From: Dehalococcoidia bacterium
GTDB lineage: Bacteria; Chloroflexota; Dehalococcoidia; Lucifugimonadales; HRBIN23
Direction of reading: 5' to 3'
Assembly (NCBI GenBank): GCA_025060295.1
Contig: JANXCH010000011.1
Span: 87,904 to 151,903 of the forward strand
Length of the DNA: 64,000 nt
The notes under the pieces were generated by a model. It was not told where the DNA came from, made no database searches, and saw only the letters and a program-made list of their open reading frames with translations. The first letter of the stretch is position 1. Every line of letters begins with the position of its first letter. Below are positions 39,339 to 49,240 of this stretch, one piece after another. Both the position numbers and the translations under genes were made by a program.

Positions 39339-40351
39339 GGGCGTCCTCCCGCCGGCATGCACAGCAGATACAGCAGGGCCATTCGCACCGCCACCCCGTT
39401 GGTAACCTGCTCCTGAATGACCGACTGGGAGCCGTGGGCGACGGCGGGGCTAATCTCCACCCCCTCATTCATAGGCCCGGGGTGGAGCACCAGAGCGCCC
39501 GGGCGCGCCCGCAGCAACCGCCTCTCGTTCACCTGATACAGGGCGATATACTCCCGCAGGCTGGGGATCAGCCCGGCTTCCATGCGCTCCTTTTGCAAGC
39601 GCAGGGCCATCACCGCATCGGCCCCCTCCAGGGCCTTGTCCAGGTCCGTCTCCACCTCCACCGAGGCGAAGGGGTGGCCGGGGGTCTCCCGTCGCCCCTT
39701 GAGAAGATCCCAGGGGAGCAGTGTAGGTGGGGCGCACAGCACCACCCGCATCCCCATCTTGGTCATCCCCCACAGGTTGGAGCGGGCCACACGGCTGTGG
39801 GCGATGTCCCCCACGATGACGATGGTGCGCCCCTCCAGGGTGCCCAGATGCTCCCGCAGGGTGAAGAGATCCAGCAGGGCCTGGGTGGGGTGGGCGTGGG
39901 TGCCGTCGCCGGCATTGATAACAGACGTGCGTCCCAGCCAGCGGGCAGCCAGGTAGGGAGCACCCGCGTGGGGATGGCGCAAAACCAGCACATCGCAGGC
40001 GGTGGCTTGCAGAGTGAGAAGGGTATCCACCAGAGACTCCCCCTTCTCCACACTGGAGCCGGTCGCCTGCATATTGATCACATCGGCCGAGAGGAGTTTG
40101 CCCGCCGTCTCAAAGGAGATGCGGGTGCGGGTGCTGGGCTCATAGAAGCAGGTGATAACCGTCTTCCCCCGCAGGGAGGGGAGTTTCTTCACCTCCCGCC
40201 CCAGCACCTCCTTCATGCTGGTTGCCAGGTCCAGCACCAGGGAAATCTCCTGGGGCGCAAAGGTATCCAAATCCAAGATGTGGCGATGGGGCCAGGGGAC
40301 AGATGCGCTCCCCGCCTTACGGCGTGCTGGGGTTGTTTCTACCTTCTGCAT
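39335..40351 (-). CDS. pyrB: aspartate carbamoyltransferase catalytic subunit
   Basis: Reads ...FYEPSTRTRISFETA...HPTQALLD...HPGPMNEGVEI. Confidence 0.92.
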   Translation of the reverse strand: MQKVETTPARRKAGSASVPWPHRHILDLDTFAPQEISLVLDLATSMKEVLGREVKKLPSLRGKTVITCFYEPSTRTRISFETAGKLLSADVINMQATGSSVEKGESLVDTLLTLQATACDVLVLRHPHAGAPYLAARWLGRTSVINAGDGTHAHPTQALLDLFTLREHLGTLEGRTIVIVGDIAHSRVARSNLWGMTKMGMRVVLCAPPTLLPWDLLKGRRETPGHPFASVEVETDLDKALEGADAVMALRLQKERMEAGLIPSLREYIALYQVNERRLLRARPGALVLHPGPMNEGVEISPAVAHGSQSVIQEQVTNGVAVRMALLYLLCMPAGGRP

Positions 40352-40388
40352 AGGCCCCCTTCTCCTTGTGTGTTGGCCAAGCCCCTAT

Positions 40389-41069
<681 letters not shown>

Positions 41070-41179
41070 CTAAAATAACACATTACCACAGGGATGGAGC
41101 ACCGCGCAAGGGGAATGGCCGTGCCTCCGGCCACCTCTGCTGGTGTATACTACTGCACAAGGGGAGAAAGCAAAGGCGC

Positions 41180-42916
41180 ATGCGCACCTTCCGTATCGCC
41201 CTGGCCCAGGTGAACCCCACCGTGGGCGACCTGCAGGGCAACCGCGACCTGGTTCTGCGCTTCGCCCGCGAGGCGGCCGCCCAGGGGGCCGACCTGGTGG
41301 CCTTCCCCGAACTGGTGGTTACCGGCTACCCCCCCGAAGACCTCCTCCTGAAACCCCAGTTCATCCGGGACAACCTGAAAGTGGCCCAGGAGCTGGCTGC
41401 GGCCAGCACCCGCATCCCCATGCTCTTCGGCTTTGTGGACATGCGGGACAACGAGGTCTATAATGCCGCCGCCCTGGCCGCCGAAGGGCGCATCGTGGGC
41501 GTTTACCACAAAATCTACCTGCCCAACTACGGCGTCTTTGATGAAGACCGTTACTTCCGCCCGGGCAGGGTGTGCCCCGTGTTCGTCCTCAACGGCACCC
41601 CCCTGGGTATCAACATCTGCGAAGACATCTGGTACGCCATCGGCCCCGTGGCCGTGCAGAGGGAGGCGGGTGCGGAGGTCATCGTCAACATCAACGGCTC
41701 CCCCTACCACATGGGCAAGCGCCTCTTCCGCGAAAAGATGCTGGCCACCCGCGCCAGCGACAACCTCCTGTTCATCGCCTATGTCAACACCGTGGGCGGG
41801 CAGGACGAACTGGTCTTTGACGGGGCCAGCATGGTCTTTGATCAGAACGGCGACCTGGTGGCCCGCGCCAAGCAGTTCCAGGAGGACCTGCTGGTGGTGG
41901 ATTTGCCGGTAGAGTCCGTGTTCCGCCAGCGCCTGCGCGATCCCCGCCCCCGCAAGGATGCCCCCTTCCTGCAACACATCGGCACTGCCCAACGCATCCA
42001 CGTGTCCGCCTACAGCCCCCGAGAGCGCCCCCCCATCACCCCCCGCACAGAAGAGCCTCTCGACCCCATCGGCGAGGTCTACCACGCCCTGGTGCTGGGG
42101 GTGCGGGATTATGTGCGCAAGACGGGCCACCAGAAGGTGGTCATCGGCCTATCGGGGGGGATAGACTCCAGCGTGACCTGCTGTGTGGCGGTAGATGCCC
42201 TGGGGCCCCAGAATGTGCTGGGAATCTCCATGCCCTCCCGCTACTCCAGCGAGGGGAGCATCCTGGACGCCCGCGCCCTGGCCCAGAACCTGGGTGTGGA
42301 CCTATGGGTGGTGCCCATCGAACCCGCCCACGCCGCCTACCTGGACATGCTGGCCCCCCACTTCAAAGACCTGCCCCCCGATGTAACGGAGGAGAACATC
42401 CAGGCCCGTATCCGGGGCAACATCCTCATGGCCATCAGCAACAAGTTCGGCATGCTGGTGCTCTCCACGGGCAACAAGAGCGAGATGGCCACTGGCTACT
42501 GCACCCTGTATGGGGATATGGCGGGGGGGTATGCAGTGCTCAAGGATGTGCCCAAGACCCTGGTGTATCGCCTGGCCGAGTGGCGCAACGCCCACGGCAC
42601 CCCGCCCAACCCCATCCCTCCCAGCGTCCTCAAAAAGCCCCCCAGCGCTGAACTGCGCCCCGGCCAGCGCACCGAGGAGGAACGCCTCCCCTTCCGCCTC
42701 CTGGACCCCATTCTCAAGGCTTATGTGGAGGAGGACCGCACCTTTGAGGAAATCGTGGCTATGGGCTACGATGCGGAGGTGGTGAAACGCATTATCCGCT
42801 GGGTAGACCGCAACGAATACAAACGCCGTCAGGCCCCGCCGGGCATCAAAATCACCCCCCGCGCCTTCGGGCGCGACCGGCGCATGCCCATCGTCAACCG
42901 CTACCCCCACTTCTAA
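41180..42916 (+). CDS. nadE: glutamine-dependent NAD+ synthetase
   Basis: Reads MRTFRIALAQVNPTVGDLQGN (the nitrilase-like domain)...GLSGGIDSS (the PP-loop)...SELRPGQ. The track start at 41063 is over-extended. Confidence 0.9.
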   Translation: MRTFRIALAQVNPTVGDLQGNRDLVLRFAREAAAQGADLVAFPELVVTGYPPEDLLLKPQFIRDNLKVAQELAAASTRIPMLFGFVDMRDNEVYNAAALAAEGRIVGVYHKIYLPNYGVFDEDRYFRPGRVCPVFVLNGTPLGINICEDIWYAIGPVAVQREAGAEVIVNINGSPYHMGKRLFREKMLATRASDNLLFIAYVNTVGGQDELVFDGASMVFDQNGDLVARAKQFQEDLLVVDLPVESVFRQRLRDPRPRKDAPFLQHIGTAQRIHVSAYSPRERPPITPRTEEPLDPIGEVYHALVLGVRDYVRKTGHQKVVIGLSGGIDSSVTCCVAVDALGPQNVLGISMPSRYSSEGSILDARALAQNLGVDLWVVPIEPAHAAYLDMLAPHFKDLPPDVTEENIQARIRGNILMAISNKFGMLVLSTGNKSEMATGYCTLYGDMAGGYAVLKDVPKTLVYRLAEWRNAHGTPPNPIPPSVLKKPPSAELRPGQRTEEERLPFRLLDPILKAYVEEDRTFEEIVAMGYDAEVVKRIIRWVDRNEYKRRQAPPGIKITPRAFGRDRRMPIVNRYPHF

Positions 42917-42926
42917 AGGAGGCACA

Positions 42927-43727
42927 ATGACCACATCGGATGCCTTGTACGCCCAGGGACAGGAGATTCGCCGGCGTTTTGCAGGCGGGGGCACCTTTGT
43001 CGGCTCCCAGCCCGGGGCGCAGGACCTGGCTCCCGGCCTCTCCCGCATCGTGGACGAAGCCCTGTTCGGGGCCATCTGGAGCCGTCCCCAGTTGGACATC
43101 CGCTACCGAAGCCTGGCCACCATCTCGGTGCTCACCGTCCTGCAACGCCTCCCCCAACTGAAGGTGCATGTGCGCAACGGCCTGAACCTGGGCCTCTCCC
43201 CAGCCACCATCACCGAAGCCATGGCCCACCTGGTCTTTTACGGGGGACTGCCCGCCGCCCTCAACGCCCTGCAAGTGGCGGGGGAGGTGTTCGCCGAAAG
43301 GCCCGAATGGCAGAAGGCCGTTCAACGTCCTGCCCCTCCGCGCCCCGCCACCCTGGAGGAGCGGATTCAGAAGGGCAACGAGATGCGCCGACGCCTGTGG
43401 GGCGAGGCCGAGGCCCGTCGCGGCGTTGCCGCCGCCGAGGAACTCGCCCCCGACTTTGTGCGCCTGGTAGATGCCTACCTGTTCGGGGAGGTCTACTACC
43501 GCCCCGACCTGGACCTGAAGCAGAGGGCCGTCTGCACCCTGGCCGCCCTCACCGCCCTGGGCAAAGAGAGACAACTGGCTCGCCACCTGCGCGCCGCCCT
43601 GAACGTGGGCCTCTCTCAGCAGGAAATCGTGGAGGTGCTGTGCCACACGGCCTTCTACTGCGGCTTGCCCGCAGCTCTGAACGCCCTGAGCGTAGCCCAC
43701 GACGTGTTTCGGCAGACGGGCATTTAG
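42927..43727 (+). CDS. carboxymuconolactone decarboxylase (AhpD-like) family protein, tandem CMD domains
   Basis: Two repeats of the ...LFGxxxxRPxLDxxxRxLxTxxxLTxL...HxxxALNxGLSxxEIxExxxHxAFYxGxPAALNAL pattern. Confidence 0.75.
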   Translation: MTTSDALYAQGQEIRRRFAGGGTFVGSQPGAQDLAPGLSRIVDEALFGAIWSRPQLDIRYRSLATISVLTVLQRLPQLKVHVRNGLNLGLSPATITEAMAHLVFYGGLPAALNALQVAGEVFAERPEWQKAVQRPAPPRPATLEERIQKGNEMRRRLWGEAEARRGVAAAEELAPDFVRLVDAYLFGEVYYRPDLDLKQRAVCTLAALTALGKERQLARHLRAALNVGLSQQEIVEVLCHTAFYCGLPAALNALSVAHDVFRQTGI

Positions 43728-44374
43728 CGGCCGCTGACCTCCCCAGCGGGCACCCGGCGCGCCACCTCCTCCGCCAGCACCCCCGCCGACACCACCACCT
43801 TCAGAGCGTCCTCCACACTCATGGAGGTCTCCTCCACCTGGTCGGCGGGCACCACCACCAGAAAACCCGAGGTGGGGTTGGGCACCGTGGGGATGTAGAC
43901 CACCAGATGTACCCGCCCATCACGCTCCCGCCACTCGCCGGTAACCAGGCCGATGGAACGCAGGCCAGGGCGCGGGAACTCCAAAAACACCACCCGCCGA
44001 TAGCGCGCCGCGGAGTGGGAGTTGAACACATCAGCCACCTGGCGGGCGGTGCGGTATATCACCCGAATCCCAGGCACCCGCTCCATCAGCCCGTTCCACA
44101 TCTGCACCAGTTGGCGGCCCACCACCGTCGTTACCACAAGCCCAATAATGTACAGGGCCACCACAGTGATGGCCAACCCCAACCCCGGCACCACCCCATG
44201 GAATAGCCGCCCCGTCAGCGGGCGCAACAGGCCATCCACAAACTCCACCACGAAGCGCACCACCAGGTAGGTGATGACGGCCGGCACCAGAACGGCCAAG
44301 CCCGTCAGGATGTTGCGCCGCAGGTGATGCTCCAGGCGGACAAGGGCTTTCCGCACCCAGGAGAAAAGGAACAC
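43724..44374 (-). CDS. DUF502-family membrane protein
   Basis: 216 aa. Two N-terminal TM segments are followed by ...GLVTGEW...VYIPTVPNPTSGFLVVVP. Confidence 0.7.
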   Translation of the reverse strand: MFLFSWVRKALVRLEHHLRRNILTGLAVLVPAVITYLVVRFVVEFVDGLLRPLTGRLFHGVVPGLGLAITVVALYIIGLVVTTVVGRQLVQMWNGLMERVPGIRVIYRTARQVADVFNSHSAARYRRVVFLEFPRPGLRSIGLVTGEWRERDGRVHLVVYIPTVPNPTSGFLVVVPADQVEETSMSVEDALKVVVSAGVLAEEVARRVPAGEVSGR

Positions 44375-44386
44375 GCCGCCGCCCCT

Positions 44387-45526
44387 TTACCCGACCAGAT
44401 GTTGATACCAGCATAGCACACGTTCCACCCAGGCGTCCCAGGTGAAGGTGCGGGCGCGCTGGAGAGCCTGCTCCCCCATAACCTGGCGCAGAGAGGGGGA
44501 GGCCAGCAACGCCTCCTCCCGTAGAGCATAGGCCTGGGGACAGCCCCGTTCCACCAGGTATCCCGTCCGCCCGTGCTCCACCAGGCTGGCCAACCCCCCC
44601 ACTCGCGCCGCCACCACCGGCCTCCCGCAGGCCATCCCCTCCAAAGCCACCATCCCGAAACTCTCATAGGCAGAGGGCACCACCACCACATCGGCTGCGG
44701 CATACAGGTGGGGCATAGCCCGCCCCGCCACCGGCCCCAACAAATGCACCCGCTCCGCTACACCCAGACGGTGCGCCAACCCCCGCAGAACACCATCGTG
44801 CTCCCCTGCTATCACCAAATGTCCCACCTCCATATGGGCCAGGGCCTCCACCGCCAAGGGGAAGCGCTTGATGGGATCGGGGCGTCCCACCGCCACCACG
44901 AGCGGTACATCGGGCAGACCAAACAGCCGCCGTGCCGCCAGGCCCTCGTGCGGGTGAAAGCGCTCCAGATCCACCCCCGGCGGGGCCAAAACCACGCGGT
45001 GGGGATCCGCCCCGTAGCCCTTTACCAGCAGATCCACCTCGTGGGGACTGGAGACCGTCAGACCCTGGGCCTGGCGTGCCAGCAGACGCTCGGCGCGCCA
45101 GCGGGAAGCAGGCTCGGCACGGCTGTCCAAGAACAGGCGCTTGGCCAGGGCAGTGGTATGGAAGGTAACCACCAGGGGCACCTCCCAGAGGCGGGCCAAG
45201 TGCAAGCCCGCCAGACCACTTGTCCAGTAATGGCCGTGCACAAGGGCATAGCGCTCAGCCGCGGCCTGCGCCACCCCTTGCCAAAAGGCCTGGATGCTCC
45301 CTGCAAGGGAGGAGGGTGCGGTCGGGATATGCATCACCTTCGCCCCAGGGGGCATCTCCACCAGTTCGTGGGGCGCATCGTGCGCGCGGGTGAACAGATG
45401 CACCTCCACCCCAGCCCTAACCAGAGCGGTGCACATGCCCCGCAGGTAGGTATTCATCCCGCCGAAGCGGGCTCGCCCCATGCCCACCAGCGGGCAGGTG
45501 TGGTGCGAAAGAACAGCGATGCGCAC
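44387..45526 (-). CDS. GT4-family glycosyltransferase, MshA/BshA-like
   Basis: Reads MRIAVLSHHTCPL...FGGMNTYL...VHLFTR...HGHYWTSG...PSAYESFGMVALEGMACGRPVVAARVGGL, which resembles D-inositol-3-phosphate glycosyltransferase architecture. Confidence 0.75.
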   Translation of the reverse strand: MRIAVLSHHTCPLVGMGRARFGGMNTYLRGMCTALVRAGVEVHLFTRAHDAPHELVEMPPGAKVMHIPTAPSSLAGSIQAFWQGVAQAAAERYALVHGHYWTSGLAGLHLARLWEVPLVVTFHTTALAKRLFLDSRAEPASRWRAERLLARQAQGLTVSSPHEVDLLVKGYGADPHRVVLAPPGVDLERFHPHEGLAARRLFGLPDVPLVVAVGRPDPIKRFPLAVEALAHMEVGHLVIAGEHDGVLRGLAHRLGVAERVHLLGPVAGRAMPHLYAAADVVVVPSAYESFGMVALEGMACGRPVVAARVGGLASLVEHGRTGYLVERGCPQAYALREEALLASPSLRQVMGEQALQRARTFTWDAWVERVLCWYQHLVG

Positions 45527-45535
45527 AGTCCGCCC

Positions 45536-46543
45536 CTAGCCCGCACGCTTCGGGGAGCGCAAAAGGGTCAGGCGATACAGTTTCCGGGAGCGCCCCCCCA
45601 GGCGGAACTTATAGTCCTCATCTCCCCGCAGGAAATCGTAATAAACCAGCCCCCGCTCTATGGCGTCCTTGATGGTTAACGCCTTCAGCACCAGGCCCAC
45701 ACTCCAATGCCCATAGGCGGGGTCAAACCCGCTGTTGTATAGCAGGCGCTGGCCCCTGTAATCAAAACACAAAGCGGAAGCCACCCGCTTCCCCACATGC
45801 TCCAGGAAGAAAAGGCGCAGGATGCCCCGCTCCGCCAGGGCCATCCCCGCATCCCGGAAAAAGGCCTCCCGCTGAGGTGTCAGGAAGCGGGACTTCTCCT
45901 CCATGCTTTGCCGCATCAGGGCGAAGAACTCGTCCAGAAAGCCCCATAGGTAGTTGGGGTCCTCGAGGGTATAGAAGTGGGGCAAGCCCTCGGGGGAAAG
46001 GCGGCGAATCTTGCGGCGTATCTCGTGGCGGTCGTGGCGGTCCAGCCCCTGCAGGTAGGCCTCCCAGGTGGCAGGCAAGGGCATCCCCGGTGCCACATCC
46101 TCCTGCTCCACCAGGCAGGCCCATCCTTGTCGGCGCGCCAGAGGGGGTATGTGCTCCAGCGTGGGCGACCCCTCCCGCACCGACAAAAGCACTACCCGCT
46201 CCCAGGACAGGGTGGCCAAAGTGTCCATCAGGGCGGGGTAAAAAGCCCCCTCCTCCCCCTGGGGGACCAGGAAATCGTGGTAGTCAAAGAGATCTGTCTC
46301 CCCCAGAAAGGCGAGTGCATCTCCTCTCTGGCAAAGGGGGGCTACTCCCAGAAGGCGTTGCCCGGCCCAGAAAGAGAGGAGCAGAGGCTCCCCCCCCTGC
46401 CCAAAGTGCTTCCACCAGATGCGTTGCCACAGCGCCGTCAAGAAGAGGGTATCTCCAGGAGAGCGGGCCAGGGCCTCCTCCCACACCGGGAGCACCGAGG
46501 TCCAGGACTCCCGCACCGCCCGCACCGTCAACGCCTGACACAA
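45536..46543 (-). CDS. GNAT-fold acetyltransferase (FemAB/CelD-like, Acetyltransf_6 type)
   Basis: 335 aa. The C-terminus reads ...ALCFDYRGQRLLYNSGFDPAY...YYDFLRGDEDYKFRLGG. Confidence 0.65.
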   Translation of the reverse strand: MCQALTVRAVRESWTSVLPVWEEALARSPGDTLFLTALWQRIWWKHFGQGGEPLLLSFWAGQRLLGVAPLCQRGDALAFLGETDLFDYHDFLVPQGEEGAFYPALMDTLATLSWERVVLLSVREGSPTLEHIPPLARRQGWACLVEQEDVAPGMPLPATWEAYLQGLDRHDRHEIRRKIRRLSPEGLPHFYTLEDPNYLWGFLDEFFALMRQSMEEKSRFLTPQREAFFRDAGMALAERGILRLFFLEHVGKRVASALCFDYRGQRLLYNSGFDPAYGHWSVGLVLKALTIKDAIERGLVYYDFLRGDEDYKFRLGGRSRKLYRLTLLRSPKRAG

Positions 46544-46619
46544 GCGCGCTCTCCTTGTTTCTCACCCGTGCGTGCCGACACCCTTTTCTCTAGGATACGG
46601 TGTGGCGGAGGACGGTGCA

Positions 46620-47234
46620 CTATCCCCCCTGGCGCAGGAGGGCAAGGAATTCCCGCACCTGCTCCTGGATGCAGGCCGCATCGCCCCGCCACGCCTGGGT
46701 AACCAGTCGGGTGCCCGGCTTCTGAACGCCGCGCATACTCATGCACAGGTGCTCGGCGGCGACCACCACAAAGACGGCCCGGGGCTGGAGGGCCTGGTAG
46801 AGGGCATCGGCCATCTGGTTGGTGAGGCGCTCCTGCAGCTGGGGGCGACGGGCCAAAGCCTCCCACGCCCGCACCAGTTTGCTGGCCCCCACAATGCGCT
46901 CCCGGGGCAGGTAGCCGATGTGGGCGTGGCCAAAGAAGGGGAGCAGGTGGTGCTCACACAAGGAGTAGAAAGGAATGTCCCGCACCAGCACCAGCCCGTG
47001 CGCCCCCTCTGGGGGCAAGCCCAGCGCAAGGAACGCCTGGGGGTCCTCCTGCAGCCCCCTCAACAGTTCCCGCAACATCTCGGCCACCCGTTGGGGTGTC
47101 TCCTGGAGGCCCTCCCGCTGGGGGTCCTCCCCCACCGCCTCCAGAATCTCCCGGACGGCCCGACGGATGCGCTCCTCCTGGAACACCCGTCCTCCCCGTG
47201 CCGCGCCCGCACGCGGGGCGCCGCACACCAGCAT
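46620..47234 (-). CDS. folE: GTP cyclohydrolase I; start uncertain (ATG 47234, or GTG 47186 behind GGGGAGGA)
   Basis: Reads ...GEDPQREGLQETPQRVAEM...FYSLCEHHLLPFFGHAHIGYLP...HLCMSMRGV. Confidence 0.9.
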   Translation of the reverse strand: MLVCGAPRAGAARGGRVFQEERIRRAVREILEAVGEDPQREGLQETPQRVAEMLRELLRGLQEDPQAFLALGLPPEGAHGLVLVRDIPFYSLCEHHLLPFFGHAHIGYLPRERIVGASKLVRAWEALARRPQLQERLTNQMADALYQALQPRAVFVVVAAEHLCMSMRGVQKPGTRLVTQAWRGDAACIQEQVREFLALLRQGG

Positions 47235-47328
47235 ACTTCAACGGCGCTGCGGGGACAACCTTTGACGCCCTCCTAGCCGTATGTTACCATTGCGCTAGGG
47301 CTACTCTCTCCCCCAGGGGGCAACTCCC

Positions 47329-48618
47329 ATGCCAGGCCCGTCCATAGGCACGTACCTCGCCCTTTTTCTGATGTGCCTGGCCCTCTCCTTCTTTTTCTCC
47401 TACTCGGAAGCGGCGTTCCTGTCGGTTTCCCGCTTACGCTTGCGCACCCTGGTAGAGAAGGGCATCCCCCGTGCCCAGCGCGCCCTGGCCCTGGCCGAGC
47501 GCACTGACCGCCTGCTGGCCACTGTGCTATTGGGCAACAACACGGTCAACACCGCTGCCGCCTCGGTGGGCACGGCAGCCCTTATTCTGCTCCTGGGCTC
47601 GGAGGGCTGGGGTGTGGCGGTGGCCACAGCCAGCATCGCCGCCATCTTGGCCGTGTTAGGCGACCTGGTGCCCAAAAGCCTGGCCGCCAGCAACCCCGAA
47701 CGCACCGCCCTGCGCCTGGTTACCTTGGTGGAGTGGGCAGAGCGCATTGTGTACCCGGTGGCGGCGGTGCTCCAGCGCATTAGCCGGGGTGTGGTGCGCC
47801 TGATGGGGGCCAAGACCTCCCGCCCCCCCTTCACGGAGGAGGAGCTGCACACCGTGATCCAGATTGGCAAAGAGGCAGGGGTGGTGGAAGAGGAGGAGGC
47901 CCACCTGTTCGCCAACATCTTCCGCCTGTGTGACCGCCAAGTGCGCCAGGTCATGACCCCCCGCACGGCCATTCAATGGGTCGCCAAAGGCACTTCTTTG
48001 GCCGACTTCCTCACCCTCTACCTGAAGGAGCCCCACACCCGCTACCCTGTCTACGAGGGCACCCCCGACAACCCCATCGGTGTGGTGGATATCCGCACCA
48101 TCCTACGGGGCCTCGCCCAGGGCACCCTGCACCCCCACAGCGACATCACTACCCTGGCCACGCCTCCCATCTTCATCCCCGAGACAGCCCAAATCGGAGC
48201 GCTCCTGCAACAGTTCCGCCAAAGCGGCCAGCGCTTGGCTATTGTGGTGGACGAGTTTGGAGGGGTGGCGGGGATGGTGACCTGGGGGCAAATCGTGCGG
48301 GCTATTGTGGGCGTCATGGGCGATGAGGGGAAAGAGGCCATCTCCGCCGTCGGCCCCCATGTGTATGAGGTGGATGGCAGCCTCCCGGTGGACGAGGTCA
48401 ACCAGCGTTTGGGCCTGTCCATCCCCCCCGGGGATTACGACACCCTGGCGGGGTGGGTGATGACGGTGTTGGGACGTGTGCCTAAGGTGGGCGACGGCGT
48501 AGAATACCAAGGCTTCAAGTTTGTGGTGGCGCGCACGGAAGGGGCGCGGGTCTCCCGCATCTATGTGGTGCGTAAAGGGGAGCCCCTCCCTGCCATCGCA
48601 CGCCACGAGGTGTCCTGA
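47329..48618 (+). CDS. CNNM/DUF21-CBS-CorC_HlyC family transporter-associated protein (hemolysin-family)
   Basis: 429 aa. An N-terminal 4-TM DUF21 domain (...SYSEAAFLSVSR..LR) is followed by a CBS pair and a C-terminal CorC domain. Confidence 0.85.
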   Translation: MPGPSIGTYLALFLMCLALSFFFSYSEAAFLSVSRLRLRTLVEKGIPRAQRALALAERTDRLLATVLLGNNTVNTAAASVGTAALILLLGSEGWGVAVATASIAAILAVLGDLVPKSLAASNPERTALRLVTLVEWAERIVYPVAAVLQRISRGVVRLMGAKTSRPPFTEEELHTVIQIGKEAGVVEEEEAHLFANIFRLCDRQVRQVMTPRTAIQWVAKGTSLADFLTLYLKEPHTRYPVYEGTPDNPIGVVDIRTILRGLAQGTLHPHSDITTLATPPIFIPETAQIGALLQQFRQSGQRLAIVVDEFGGVAGMVTWGQIVRAIVGVMGDEGKEAISAVGPHVYEVDGSLPVDEVNQRLGLSIPPGDYDTLAGWVMTVLGRVPKVGDGVEYQGFKFVVARTEGARVSRIYVVRKGEPLPAIARHEVS

Positions 48619-48619
48619 C

Positions 48620-49240
48620 ATGCGCCTGCTCCTGGTCCGCCACGGCGAGACCCCCGCTAACCGGGACGGGCGGGTGCAGGGCCACAGCCCCGAAGGGCTC
48701 ACCCCGCTGGGGCAGCACCAGGCCCACAGCGCCGCCCGTCTGCTCAAGGGCTATGCCCCCACCGCCCTTTATACCAGCCCTTTGCCCCGTGCCCGGCAGA
48801 CCGCCCGCATCATCGCCCAGCATTTGGGATTGGAGCCCCTCCCTTTGCCCGCCTTGGCCGAGATGCACCTGGGAGAGGTGGACGGCCTCACGGTGGCCCA
48901 GCTGCAGCAGCGCTACCCCGCCTTTATGAGCGCATGGCGAGCCGATCCCGCCCGTGCTGTTGCCCCCGGGGGTGAAAGCCTCCAGGAGGTTCAGGAGCGG
49001 GCGTGGCACGCCCTGGAGGACCTCCTGCACCGCCATCCCCACGAGACCGTGGTGGCCGTGAGCCACAACTTCACCATCCTGGCCCTGCTGACCCGCGCCC
49101 TGGGCCTCCCCCTTCAGGGCTTCCGCCACTTCCACCTGGACCTGGGGGGCATTGTGGTTTTGGCCCGTGGGCGGGAGGGACAGTGGGTGCTGGAGGCCTT
49201 CAACCTACGGGATACGGCGGCCCCTCCCCATGAGGCCTGA
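48620..49240 (+). CDS. histidine phosphatase (phosphoglycerate mutase-like) family protein
   Basis: Reads MRLLLVRHGETPANRDGRVQG (the RHG motif)...VSHNF. It starts 1 nt after the upstream stop. The track start at 48521 overlaps the CNNM gene. Confidence 0.85.
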   Translation: MRLLLVRHGETPANRDGRVQGHSPEGLTPLGQHQAHSAARLLKGYAPTALYTSPLPRARQTARIIAQHLGLEPLPLPALAEMHLGEVDGLTVAQLQQRYPAFMSAWRADPARAVAPGGESLQEVQERAWHALEDLLHRHPHETVVAVSHNFTILALLTRALGLPLQGFRHFHLDLGGIVVLARGREGQWVLEAFNLRDTAAPPHEA

